A DNA stretch of 64,000 nt from an uncultured bacterium (lineage in GTDB: Bacteria > Oederibacteriota > JAAXVQ01 > JAUVAV01), in NCBI GenBank assembly GCA_963710755.1, contig CAVQBK010000003.1, positions 928,001-992,000 on the forward strand. Reading direction: 5' to 3'. The notes beneath the pieces were generated by a model. That model was not told the origin of the DNA. It made no database searches and saw only the letters and a list, made by a program, of their open reading frames with translations. The translations under genes and the position numbers were made by a program. This document shows positions 50,810-60,578 of this stretch, in pieces. Within the stretch, counting starts at the first letter, position 1. Each line of letters starts with the position of its first letter.

Positions 50810-51766
50810 ATGAATAAGGGGATCTTGGCCGCAGGGATAATCATTGCAGGTCTGGTGGGCGTGACCACGGCCCAAGCGGTGCAGACCAATTATACGATTG
50901 GCGAGAGCGCGGGTGCGGAATTAAAAATCAATTTGTCAACCCGTTTTGCAGGCACCGGGGATGCAGGCATTGCCCTGGTGGATGATTTGAATGCCACGGC
51001 CCTTAATCCTGCAGGCTTGGCACAGGTGGCCGGCTTGCAAGCCGGTTTTATGCACAATATTTACCTGGAAGATACGGCGCTTGAATATCTGGCATATGCA
51101 CAAAACCTTTTTAGCGGCGCCGGCCTGGGAGCGAGCGTGATGGTTTTGAATTTCGGTTCCTTGGACAAACTGACCGTGGACAGCAATAACCTGCCCGTTC
51201 AGGATGGCAGTTTTACGCCCATGGCTTATGCTGCCAAAGTGGGTTATGGCCAGCAGGTGATGGAACAAGCCAGAGTGGGTGCGGTACTTAAATTGTACGG
51301 CCTCAGTATCGACAGCATCAATTATACTTCGGTGGCTCTTGATCTGGGCGCCCAATATCAAATCATGGAAAGCCTAAGCTCAGCCCTGACTATTGAAAAT
51401 CTGGGCACCTCAGTGGCCGATTCTTCCTTGGCCCTGTTGGCCAAGGCCGGTCTGGCTTATGCCATCCCCTTTAAAGCTACGCCCAATGACAAGTGGAATG
51501 TAATGGTCGATGTGGTACTGCCTTTTGGAGATGCTGCATATACCTCGGCCAACATTGGCACCGAATATTGGTATAATCAGGCCCTGGCTTTACGCTTGGG
51601 CTACAAGGTCAAAGATACAGGCGGCTTGGACGGCGTCAATGGCTTGACAGCAGGGTTGGGTGGCAGACTGATGTTGGGTAATACGGCCTTGACCTTGGAT
51701 TATGCTCTGAGCACCTTTGGTGATCTGGGGATGAGCCATCAAATCGCGATTAGTTTGGGGTTATAA
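50810..51766 (+). CDS. PorV/PorQ-like outer-membrane barrel protein
   Basis: Signal peptide, LKI..STRFAGTGDA..NPAGL, ALDLG, GTEYW..ALRLGY, LDYA..GDLG.SHQI. Confidence 0.8.
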   Translation: MNKGILAAGIIIAGLVGVTTAQAVQTNYTIGESAGAELKINLSTRFAGTGDAGIALVDDLNATALNPAGLAQVAGLQAGFMHNIYLEDTALEYLAYAQNLFSGAGLGASVMVLNFGSLDKLTVDSNNLPVQDGSFTPMAYAAKVGYGQQVMEQARVGAVLKLYGLSIDSINYTSVALDLGAQYQIMESLSSALTIENLGTSVADSSLALLAKAGLAYAIPFKATPNDKWNVMVDVVLPFGDAAYTSANIGTEYWYNQALALRLGYKVKDTGGLDGVNGLTAGLGGRLMLGNTALTLDYALSTFGDLGMSHQIAISLGL

Positions 51767-51786
51767 GCCAGACCATTACCTTTGCG

Positions 51787-51819
51787 AGCCCTCTATGAGT
51801 TTTCATGGAGGGCTTTTTT
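51787..51819 (+). terminator. intrinsic terminator
   Basis: AGCCCTCTATGA-gttt-TCATGGAGGGCT followed by a T-tract. Confidence 0.85.
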
Positions 51820-51924
51820 ATTGCACCAATTTTAATACTCTCTTGTAGAGATGAACAGTCAGCGATGCCCGCTTTCGAGGTTCTGTTCGCCTATATCCGA
51901 TCATTTATTCCCTTAAAGCATCCT

Positions 51925-52089
51925 GCAGCCCCGACCGGATGGGATATTATAGGAAAGGGACGCCTGCGGCAGCCCCGACCGGAGCAGATATTATTATGGG
52001 AGGGACGCCTGCGGCAGCCCCGACCGGAGCGGATATTATTATGGGAAGGGACGCCTGCGGCAGCCCCGACCGGAGCAGATGCCTGCGGC
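51925..52089. repeat. tandem repeat of 45-46 bp units (3 core copies plus partials)
   Basis: GGGACGCCTGCGGCAGCCCCGACCGGAGC at 51957, 52002 and 52048, partial copy at 51925; linkers nearly identical. Confidence 0.9.
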
Positions 52090-52132
52090 GTAAGTTGCGG
52101 GGGATTATGGGGACGTCCAAAGGAGCATCATT

Positions 52133-54967
52133 ATTCTTTCAAGTAGGAAAGCAAACAACAGTTGGCAACATAACCTGGGCAGGAGCCTAGGTGCGCTAGT
52201 CATCGGCCTGGTCCTTTTCGCCATGGCTCCTGCTGTCCAGGGGTCGCGCCAGCTAAACCAACGTTGGCAACAGCTGGAAACCAAGCATTTTATGCTCATC
52301 TTTCCCAAGGATCAGAAAGCCTTGGCGTACCACCTAGCTGATGTGGCGGAATCGCGCTATCAGCAGGTGGTGGATCTCTGCGGTTTTCAACCCCAAGGGT
52401 CCATTCCCCTGGTACTTAATCCAGATACCGATATAGCCAATGCTTATGCCCAGTCGATTTTTAAAAAAATTGAGTTCTATCTGGCTCCGCCATTGGATTA
52501 TGATTTTGGATCAGGTGATAAAGATTGGTGGACCTTGGTATTTTTACACGAATATGCCCATCTTTGCCAAGGTATGCGCGATGATATGGGCGTGGCCCAT
52601 GTTCTGTCCACGATCTTCGGGCAGGTTAATGGTCTGAATTTTATAGCGCCCCGATGGTGGGTGGAAGGGGTGGGGGTCTATACGGAAAGCGTATTAACCG
52701 ACGCCGGCCGGATGAATAACAGTTTTTATCAACTGCAACTGGCTGCTGATCTGCTGGCCGATCATCCTTGGAGTCGAGCCCAGCTGGCCAATCCACCCAA
52801 AGTAGCTCGGCCATGGGGGCGTAATTATTTCTGGGGCGCTGACTTGATTGCCGCCGTCCAAGACAAGCATGTGCCGAGCGTGGTAGATCTGGTGACCCAA
52901 GGACAAAGCGACTGGCCCTTTTGGGGTTTGGGAGAAGTTTGGCGTACAGCCTTGGGCAGTTCCTTGGAACTTGATTGGCAATGTTTACAGGAAAAGGAAA
53001 AAACGGCCTTTCATGAAAAGTACCCTGACCGCGGCTTGGCGATAGCTGAGACCCGGATTATGACCAATGAACCCGATCTGGAATATAAAAGTCCACAATG
53101 GATTAATTCACAACAGCTCGTGATTTTTAAGAATAGTCTGGACCAGGGCAAGGCCATTGTTACCATTTCGATACCCAAGGGCAACCAACAGGTCTGGCAT
53201 AGAGATGTGGAGTTGCAAGGCCATTTGGAGTGGCAGCCACAGGAGAAGAAACTCTATTTTTCTGAACTGAGGGCCAATGCCTTTGAACCCAACGCCAGGC
53301 AGGCGTACCCCCTGTGGCTGCAAGGCCCTGGCCAGGCGTATCGCTTGGGCACGGGAAAACGGTTATGGTCAGTGTCTGTTTCGGTCCGAGGGGTTAAAGC
53401 GGCTATTGGTAATTGCCAAGGCCAGGCTGGTCTGCTGTTTCAATATCCGGGAGAGCATGACTGGGAGCCTTTACCCGTACCGGCAGGTGCGCATTTTCGT
53501 GATCCCCGCTGGTCTCCGGATGGATCTCAATTAGCCGTGGTGGTCAACATCCGCGGCCATCAAGACATCTGCCTCCTTGATCCCAAGGAACAGCGGCTCT
53601 TGGCCATTACCGGTTGGGACAAGGCGGCTGATGTGGATCCAGCCTGGTCGCCTGATGGGCAATGGTTGTATTTTATTTCTGACCGCAGCCAAGGTTATCA
53701 ATTGTTTGCCTGGTCCTTGCAAACGGCCCAGCTCTATCAAGTCAGTCACGCGCAACTCGGGGTTTTTCAACCTGCCATTTCACCGGACAGCACCCGGGTA
53801 GCCCTTGTCTCCTATGAAAAAGGGTTTCAACAGCAGCTGTTGGTGGCGCCGCTTGATCAACAGTCCTGGACACTGATGGACACCACTAAACCTGTATATG
53901 GTTGGCCACCTGTTGGGGATCATCAGGACAAGCCTTCCAGCCTGCCCACAGCTCAGCCTTACAATGCCTGGCCTTATTTGGCCCCTACCTTTTGGGTGCC
54001 TGCCTTAGGCTGGGGTCAGGAGGGCCTACTGCTGGGAGCATTTTCAGCTCAGCGCGATCCCCTCGAATTTCATGAATGGCAAGCCCAAGTGCTGCTGGCT
54101 TTGCGCACGGGCAGGCCCTACGGTTTTCTGAGCTATCATAATGAGAAGTGGCCTCTGGGCTGGACCTTGCGCGCAGCCTACGAGCCAACAAACCAGGTGA
54201 TTCTCGGGGACGGCCAGGACCAGCGCTTGGGCTGGGGTCAGCGGACCTCTTTAACCTTGGCTCTGGACACTACCTTGTGGCAGCACTTAAGCCGGGACTG
54301 GGCTACGGTCACCAGCTGGCAGGGCACTCTGGGCGGGGCGATTTACCAGGCTGATCAGGAAGTGGCTTATCCCCGGGCTTTGTATGCCAAAACCAGCTTG
54401 GGTTTTTTCCACGGGCAACAAGGGCCCAAAGATTTCTTTCCAGTTCAAGGCTTCTCCTTTAACCTTGGCTGGGAACAAAGCCTGCTTAAGGCTTGGAGCA
54501 ACGGCCAAGCCCTTACCTGGGGAAGTGCGGTTTATTGGCCCGGGTTGGTCCAGCATCAAGCATGGCACCTGGGGTTGCGTGGTAAAAAGCAATCCGGGCA
54601 TTTTTCAGAAAACGATGGACTTTATGCGCCCAATGGATTTAGCCAGACCTGGCAGGGGGCAGGCAACCAAGCTACTTTTTCCCTGGGCTACAATTGGCCG
54701 CTTTGGTTTATTGATCAGGGCTGGAGTGAATGGCCTGTTTTTTTTAATGATCTCTGGATGACGCTTACCTATGACGCCGGGTTGACCTGGGAAGGGACCT
54801 TGGACTTTCCGGAACAGCGCCATCAGGCCCAGTCCTCCTTGAGCCTGGAGACAACTTTGGATATGACCTTGTTCTGGTACTTGACCAGTGCCGTGCGAGG
54901 GACTATTATTTATCGTTTGGAAAACAGGGACTGGCTGGCCCAAGTAGGCGGCCAACTCTGGTTTTAA
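52133..54967 (+). CDS. outer-membrane protein: zincin peptidase plus PD40/TolB-like propeller plus Omp85-like barrel
   Basis: HEYAH..WWVEG, PRWSPDG/PAWSPDG/PAISPD repeats, aromatic beta-strands, terminal F; first ATG is 52223 but the signal peptide lies in frame upstream. Confidence 0.8.
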   Translation: MLSSRKANNSWQHNLGRSLGALVIGLVLFAMAPAVQGSRQLNQRWQQLETKHFMLIFPKDQKALAYHLADVAESRYQQVVDLCGFQPQGSIPLVLNPDTDIANAYAQSIFKKIEFYLAPPLDYDFGSGDKDWWTLVFLHEYAHLCQGMRDDMGVAHVLSTIFGQVNGLNFIAPRWWVEGVGVYTESVLTDAGRMNNSFYQLQLAADLLADHPWSRAQLANPPKVARPWGRNYFWGADLIAAVQDKHVPSVVDLVTQGQSDWPFWGLGEVWRTALGSSLELDWQCLQEKEKTAFHEKYPDRGLAIAETRIMTNEPDLEYKSPQWINSQQLVIFKNSLDQGKAIVTISIPKGNQQVWHRDVELQGHLEWQPQEKKLYFSELRANAFEPNARQAYPLWLQGPGQAYRLGTGKRLWSVSVSVRGVKAAIGNCQGQAGLLFQYPGEHDWEPLPVPAGAHFRDPRWSPDGSQLAVVVNIRGHQDICLLDPKEQRLLAITGWDKAADVDPAWSPDGQWLYFISDRSQGYQLFAWSLQTAQLYQVSHAQLGVFQPAISPDSTRVALVSYEKGFQQQLLVAPLDQQSWTLMDTTKPVYGWPPVGDHQDKPSSLPTAQPYNAWPYLAPTFWVPALGWGQEGLLLGAFSAQRDPLEFHEWQAQVLLALRTGRPYGFLSYHNEKWPLGWTLRAAYEPTNQVILGDGQDQRLGWGQRTSLTLALDTTLWQHLSRDWATVTSWQGTLGGAIYQADQEVAYPRALYAKTSLGFFHGQQGPKDFFPVQGFSFNLGWEQSLLKAWSNGQALTWGSAVYWPGLVQHQAWHLGLRGKKQSGHFSENDGLYAPNGFSQTWQGAGNQATFSLGYNWPLWFIDQGWSEWPVFFNDLWMTLTYDAGLTWEGTLDFPEQRHQAQSSLSLETTLDMTLFWYLTSAVRGTIIYRLENRDWLAQVGGQLWF

Positions 54968-55006
54968 ATGGGGCACCCGATCCCAAAGCCAAAGAGGAGC
55001 GTGGCC

Positions 55007-56113
55007 ATGAATTACCAACACTATATGCCAACGAAAATCATTCTGGGTCAGGGCTGTATTAATCAGGAAGCAGACCAATTAGCCAAATTAGGCTGGCATG
55101 CTTTTGTGCTGACCGGAGAACATTCGGCCCGTAAAAATGGAGCGCTCGATGATGTGCTTACCGCCCTGGAAGCCAAGGCCGTGACTATTACTCATTATGA
55201 CAAGATCACACCCAATCCTACCATTGAAGCCGTACGCAGCGCCGCCGCCGTGGCCAGGGAAAAGCAGTGTGATTTTGTAGTGGCTATTGGCGGTGGTTCG
55301 GTTATAGATGCAGCCAAAGCTGTGGCCGTGCTGTGCTATAACAAACTGACTGATGATGAACTGTTCAGTAACAATTCTTTTGATGACGTGCTGCCGGTGG
55401 CGGCTATTCCCACCACCGCTGGAACCGGCAGTGAAGTAACCCCTTATGCCATCCTGACCAACCAAAAACTAGAGACCAAGAGTAATTTAAAATCACAACA
55501 ATTGTTTCCAGCACTGGCATTTTTGGATGCCACCTACACCCTGGGTTTGCCGGAGCCCATAACAGTGGCCACCCTCATGGATGCCATGAGCCACGCCGTG
55601 GAAGGTTATTTGGCCAAACGCTCCACGCCTTTTGGTAAACTTCTGGCCTTGGAAAGCTTGAACTTAATTGGCCAAGGCTTGACCCGACTTAACGGCCAAA
55701 CAACCTTGAATTTGGAGCAGAGGCAACAACTGTTATGGGCTTCATGTTTGGCCGGGATGGTTATTGCCCAAAGTGGCACCACGGTACTTCATGCCATTGG
55801 CTATTGCCTGACCTATTACAAGGGGGTGGCGCATGGCCGGGCCAATGGGATGCTTCTGCCCGCTTATCTGGATTACATTGCCGCTCAGCGGTCCAATGAA
55901 ATCAAAACCATTCTGCATGCCCTGGGTCTGGAAGACGTGACTCAATTAAAAACGCATGTGCAAACCCTGCTTGGCCGTGAACCACTCAACCTCAAAGAGG
56001 TCGAACACTATACGGCCAAGGCGCTGCTTGCGACTAATTTGGCTAATACCAATCCCAAACCTTCGGGACTGGATATTAAGGCCATCCTTGAAAAAAGTTT
56101 TGATGTCGGTTAA
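55007..56113 (+). CDS. iron-containing alcohol dehydrogenase family protein
   Basis: PNPT, AIGGGSVIDAAK, IPTTAGTGSEVT, DAMSHAVEG, HG. Confidence 0.94.
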   Translation: MNYQHYMPTKIILGQGCINQEADQLAKLGWHAFVLTGEHSARKNGALDDVLTALEAKAVTITHYDKITPNPTIEAVRSAAAVAREKQCDFVVAIGGGSVIDAAKAVAVLCYNKLTDDELFSNNSFDDVLPVAAIPTTAGTGSEVTPYAILTNQKLETKSNLKSQQLFPALAFLDATYTLGLPEPITVATLMDAMSHAVEGYLAKRSTPFGKLLALESLNLIGQGLTRLNGQTTLNLEQRQQLLWASCLAGMVIAQSGTTVLHAIGYCLTYYKGVAHGRANGMLLPAYLDYIAAQRSNEIKTILHALGLEDVTQLKTHVQTLLGREPLNLKEVEHYTAKALLATNLANTNPKPSGLDIKAILEKSFDVG

Positions 56114-56288
56114 ATGCTGCAGCGCTGCTTGTTTGTGTTAGCTAACGTCTTTTAGCTCCATTACTTATGGGCAAGGGGCGAAAAAAATCACCCTATAAAA
56201 AATAGTGCCCTATCCTTATTTAAGGGCTTTATTTCCGTCTTGGCTGGTTTAGCATATAAAATTATATTATCTCCCTTTTGAGGAACCC

Positions 56289-59200
56289 ATGGCTTTACGT
56301 TCACTATTGACCAATCTTAAAAACGATCCGTCCTATCAAGCCTTGATTAAAATGCTGGAGCAGCAGGCCAGTCCTTTGACATGGTTAACGGGATTACATG
56401 GCTCAGCCCGGGCTTTTTTTTGGGCTGGGTTGCGGGAACGTCTGCGTCGCCCCATGCTGCTCATTACAGCCACCCAGGAAGAGGCGCGCAAATTGTACGA
56501 TCAATGCCGGCTTTTCTTACAGCATCCTGATCCGGAGCGCGAGGAACTGTTTTTATTCCCCAGCCGTGAGTTGCTTCCTTACGAACACGCTTTGGCGGAC
56601 ATGGAATTGGAAGGGGAACGGTTGGAAGTACTCCTCAAGCTGATGCAGCGGGAGAACGTGATGGTAGTCAGTGCTATCGACCAAGTGCTGGAAAAAATAC
56701 CTTCCCCTGCCTGGCTGCAGGCCAGGACGTTCACCCTGCATCAGGGACAGAATCTGGAATTGGAAAAATTGAGCCATCAGCTGGTGGCCATGGGGTATAG
56801 CCGGGAAACCTTGATTGAAGGCCGCGGTCAATTTGCCGTTCGAGGCGGTATTTTGGATATTTATTGTCCCAGTGAGCTTGCACCCTGGCGCATTGAATTG
56901 GAAGGCTCCGAGATTGTCAGCATCCGCCGGTTTGCCCTGAGCGGGCAAGGGCCCCTCACCGCTGGGTCCCTGCCGGAAGCCATGATCACGCCGGCTCAGC
57001 TGATCACACCCACGGAAGGAGAACTTGAGCAGGGTCTGGACCAACTAACCCGCAGCCTGGGAGTTCAACGGGTGGCCGCCTTGAAGGATAAGATCCGGAA
57101 CCAGGGGTTCTTTCCGGGTATGGAAAATTATGCCGCTCATTTTATGAGTTTGACCACGGTTATGGATTACTTGTCGCCGGGAACTATCGTGATCATGGAT
57201 GCCCCGGGCGCGGCCCAGAAAAAAAGTGTTGATGATCTATCCCGCTGGCACCAGCTCTTTCAGGAGCATAAGAAAAAAGAACCCCTCCTGTCTAATCCCC
57301 AAGAGTTGGTCCTGCCCTTTGATGATTTAAAAGAAAAACTTACTGCCCATGCCTGCGTTTTTACGGGCCTGCTTAAACAAACCGTGTGGGATGAGCTCGA
57401 ACCCCAGGGGGAATGGCAGGTGACGGTCAAGAGCACCACGCCCTTGCGGGGTAATTTGGAATTGCTGGTCCGCGAGATTAAGAGTCTAAAGGAAAAAGGG
57501 TTGACCGTACATCTCGCCGCCCATAACGAAGCGGAATTGGGACGACTGAAGCAAGTTTTAGCAGAGTCGATGCAACAGCTGGAGGCGCCCGATCTGCTGG
57601 GACAACTCATTTTCCATAGCGGACAACTGTCGGAAGGGTTTCACTATCCGGCGTGCGGCTTGGCGCTGTTTACAGACCAGGAGATATTCAACCGCCGCTT
57701 GGGACGGCCCAAACCGAGACGTCAAAAAGGCATGGCCTATCCCTCTCAGCCCATCGCTGATATTTTGGAATTAAAACCGGGCGATTTGGCGGTTCATCGC
57801 GACCATGGCATCGGCCGTTATCTGGGCGTGACCAAATTGAGCATTGACGCCCCTGATCAGGAATTCGTGCAGCTGGTCTACGCCGGCGATGAAAAACTGT
57901 ATGTGCCTATGGATCAATTACGGCTGTTGGAAAAATACGTGGGCAGTGATCAGGCCCCGCGCATTAATAAATTGGGCACCGTCGGCTGGGAAAAAACCAA
58001 ACAGCGCATCAAAGCTTCTGTCACCGAACTGGCCAGACAATTGCTGGACATCTATGCAGCCCGGGAAGTGCATCAAGGCCATGCCTATCCGCAAGACACC
58101 TCCCTGCAGCGGTCTTTTGAAGAAGCCTTTCCCTACGAAGAAACACCCGATCAAATGCGGGCGATAGAAGAAACCAAAAAGGACATGCAGTCGCTCAAGC
58201 CCATGGACCGGCTCATCTGCGGTGATGTGGGCTATGGAAAAACAGAAGTGGCCATGCGGGCGGCCTTCAAAGCTGTACAAGAAGGCTACCAGGTGGCGGT
58301 GCTGGTCCCCACCACCATTCTGGCGGATCAGCATTTTGCCACCTTCAAGGAGCGGATGGCCACCTTTCCCGTAGCCCTGGCCTTGGTCTCCCGCTTTAAA
58401 AGCACTCAGGAAACCAGAGACATTCTCCAGAGGGTGGCGCAAGGACGGATTAACATTATTATCGGGACCCACAAGCTCTTGGGCAAAGAAATCAAATTCG
58501 CCCGTTTGGGGCTGATTATTTTGGATGAAGAACAGCGCTTTGGGGTGGCCCAGAAAGAAAAATTAAAAAAAATGCGCAGCACTGTGGATGTGTTGACTTT
58601 GAGCGCCACACCCATTCCCCGTACGCTGTATTTATCCCTTTCCGGGATTCGCGATATCTCAGTTATCGAAACACCACCGCTTAATCGGTTGCCCATTAAA
58701 ACTCAAGTGATGGAATTTTCCGAATCCGCTGTACGCGAAGCCATTAGCCGGGAATTGGCGCGGGAGGGGCAGGTGTTTTTTATTCATAACCGGGTGCAGA
58801 GCATCGGCAGCATAGCGGAGCGCATCAAACGGCTGGTCCCGGAAGCACGCATTGCCATTGCCCATGGTCAGATGAAACGGGATCAACTGGAGCCGGTGAT
58901 GGAACGCTTTTTAGCTAGGGCTGAGGATGTGCTCGTATCCACTACCATTGTGGAGTCGGGTCTGGATATGCCCAATGTCAATACCATCATCATCAACCGT
59001 GCCGACGCCTTGGGTATGGCGCAATTGTACCAATTGCGCGGCCGGGTAGGGCGGGCGGACCGCCAAGCCTATGCCTATTTATTCTATCCCCAGGGTGGCG
59101 CAGTGACCAGTGACGCGGAAAAACGACTCAGTTCGTTGCAGGAATTTACTGAACTGGGCTCGGGTATTAAGATCGCCATGCGGGATATGGAGATCCGGGG

Positions 59201-59780
59201 TACTGGCGATGTGCTTGGGCCGGATCAATCGGGCCATGTTACGGCCGTGGGCTTTGAAACCTACTGCAGTTTGTTGGAAGAAGCGGTGAGGGAAATCCGG
59301 GGACAAAAAGCAGAACAGCCTACGGAAGTCAAAATGAGTCTGCCCGTGGAAGCCTATATGCCCAAAGATTTCATCCCTGATACCATGACCAGGCTCAATT
59401 TATACAAGCGGCTGTCCTCTTTGCACCACCAGGAAGAACTGGCCAGCCTGGAGGAAGAAGTGCGCAACCGGTTCGGCCGCTTGCCCGAACCTATGGTCAA
59501 ACTAGTGCAGGTTACTGAAATAAAAATGCTGGCCGCTCAAGCAGGCCTCAAAGAAGTGACGGTCAAACCGCATTCCATCCTTTTGACCTGGCCGGCCCAT
59601 TATCAGCCGCCACAGGCGATGGTGGATAAGTTATTGTCCGATTACACCAAGCGCATCCGCTTTATACCGGGTGAGGAAATCGCCTTGGAATGGAGCCGTT
59701 CGCCTGGAGAGATATTATCGGTTTTAAAAAACTGCTTGTCCGAATTAAGGGTAGATGATATAAAAAATTCCAAATTATAA
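56289..59780 (+). CDS. mfd: transcription-repair coupling factor
   Basis: RGGILDI, HRDHGIGRY, GDVGYGKTEVA, DEEQRFGV, SATPIPRTL, QLRGRVGR. Confidence 0.99.
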   Translation: MALRSLLTNLKNDPSYQALIKMLEQQASPLTWLTGLHGSARAFFWAGLRERLRRPMLLITATQEEARKLYDQCRLFLQHPDPEREELFLFPSRELLPYEHALADMELEGERLEVLLKLMQRENVMVVSAIDQVLEKIPSPAWLQARTFTLHQGQNLELEKLSHQLVAMGYSRETLIEGRGQFAVRGGILDIYCPSELAPWRIELEGSEIVSIRRFALSGQGPLTAGSLPEAMITPAQLITPTEGELEQGLDQLTRSLGVQRVAALKDKIRNQGFFPGMENYAAHFMSLTTVMDYLSPGTIVIMDAPGAAQKKSVDDLSRWHQLFQEHKKKEPLLSNPQELVLPFDDLKEKLTAHACVFTGLLKQTVWDELEPQGEWQVTVKSTTPLRGNLELLVREIKSLKEKGLTVHLAAHNEAELGRLKQVLAESMQQLEAPDLLGQLIFHSGQLSEGFHYPACGLALFTDQEIFNRRLGRPKPRRQKGMAYPSQPIADILELKPGDLAVHRDHGIGRYLGVTKLSIDAPDQEFVQLVYAGDEKLYVPMDQLRLLEKYVGSDQAPRINKLGTVGWEKTKQRIKASVTELARQLLDIYAAREVHQGHAYPQDTSLQRSFEEAFPYEETPDQMRAIEETKKDMQSLKPMDRLICGDVGYGKTEVAMRAAFKAVQEGYQVAVLVPTTILADQHFATFKERMATFPVALALVSRFKSTQETRDILQRVAQGRINIIIGTHKLLGKEIKFARLGLIILDEEQRFGVAQKEKLKKMRSTVDVLTLSATPIPRTLYLSLSGIRDISVIETPPLNRLPIKTQVMEFSESAVREAISRELAREGQVFFIHNRVQSIGSIAERIKRLVPEARIAIAHGQMKRDQLEPVMERFLARAEDVLVSTTIVESGLDMPNVNTIIINRADALGMAQLYQLRGRVGRADRQAYAYLFYPQGGAVTSDAEKRLSSLQEFTELGSGIKIAMRDMEIRGTGDVLGPDQSGHVTAVGFETYCSLLEEAVREIRGQKAEQPTEVKMSLPVEAYMPKDFIPDTMTRLNLYKRLSSLHHQEELASLEEEVRNRFGRLPEPMVKLVQVTEIKMLAAQAGLKEVTVKPHSILLTWPAHYQPPQAMVDKLLSDYTKRIRFIPGEEIALEWSRSPGEILSVLKNCLSELRVDDIKNSKL

Positions 59781-59869
59781 TGAAAAAATCAAATTCAAGG
59801 TCTTGGCTGGCGTTGGCCCGCCGCAAAGACCAGGGATTGAAATTTAACGCAGTGGTGTTTGGAGGTCTT

Positions 59870-60547
59870 ATGCAAAAAAGCAATGTTTATGTGGTAGGAA
59901 TGGTATTGGGTGTCGTTGGGCTGATGATGACGGGGGGGTGCAGTGCAAAAAAAGGTGAGGTTCTGGCAGAAGTAGGCCATCAACAAATCACAACCGATGA
60001 TTTTCAAACGGCCTTGGGTAACCTTCCCGAGAACTACCGGGTCTTGGCGGAGTCCTATAAAGGCAAACGTAAAATTTTGGATAATCTGGTGAAAAAAGAC
60101 CTGCTGGTTGAAGAAGCCCTGCGCCGGGGTTATGATAAGCAGAAAGATATTAAGGAAAAAATAGAAAAAACCCGGGAAGAATCTAAACAAAAATTATTAA
60201 GTCAAATCAAGGAACTTAAAGTACGCCTGGCTATGGTGGACCAGCAAGCCCAGGAGAATGTGCTGTTGGGGGAATTGAACCAGAAATTAAAAGACCAAGG
60301 CATTCAGGGCATTACCATCGGTGAAGATCAGATCAAGGCCTATTACCAGGATTATGCCCGCAAGTTAAAAATACTCAATCCTGCGGCCAAGGTACCTGAT
60401 TTGGAAGACGTGGAGAAACAAATCAAGGCCATTCTGGTCGAAGAAGAATTAATCAAGCAACTAAAGAAACAAAGTAAAGTCGTGGTTAAGGAAGAACGTT
60501 TTAAAACCTTGTATGGTGACAAGGAACAGATTGTGGTTGATCATTAA
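59870..60547 (+). CDS. SurA/PrsA N-terminal-like lipoprotein lacking a parvulin domain
   Basis: GGAGG RBS, lipobox GGC, VLAEVG..IT..DF, LLVEEA.RRG. Confidence 0.75.
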   Translation: MQKSNVYVVGMVLGVVGLMMTGGCSAKKGEVLAEVGHQQITTDDFQTALGNLPENYRVLAESYKGKRKILDNLVKKDLLVEEALRRGYDKQKDIKEKIEKTREESKQKLLSQIKELKVRLAMVDQQAQENVLLGELNQKLKDQGIQGITIGEDQIKAYYQDYARKLKILNPAAKVPDLEDVEKQIKAILVEEELIKQLKKQSKVVVKEERFKTLYGDKEQIVVDH

Positions 60548-60578
60548 CAGCCGCGGCTGGCATGCCTAAGGATAATTC

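Noticed and set aside
50810-51766. Evidence for a type IX secretion system
   Set aside because: A PorV-like barrel alone is insufficient; no sprA or porKLMN in the window.
51925-52089. CRISPR array
   Set aside because: Linkers are only 16-17 bp and nearly identical, and there are no cas genes in the window.
51805-52190. ORFs 51805-52146 and 51939-52190
   Set aside because: They only translate the tandem repeat; the first begins inside a terminator.
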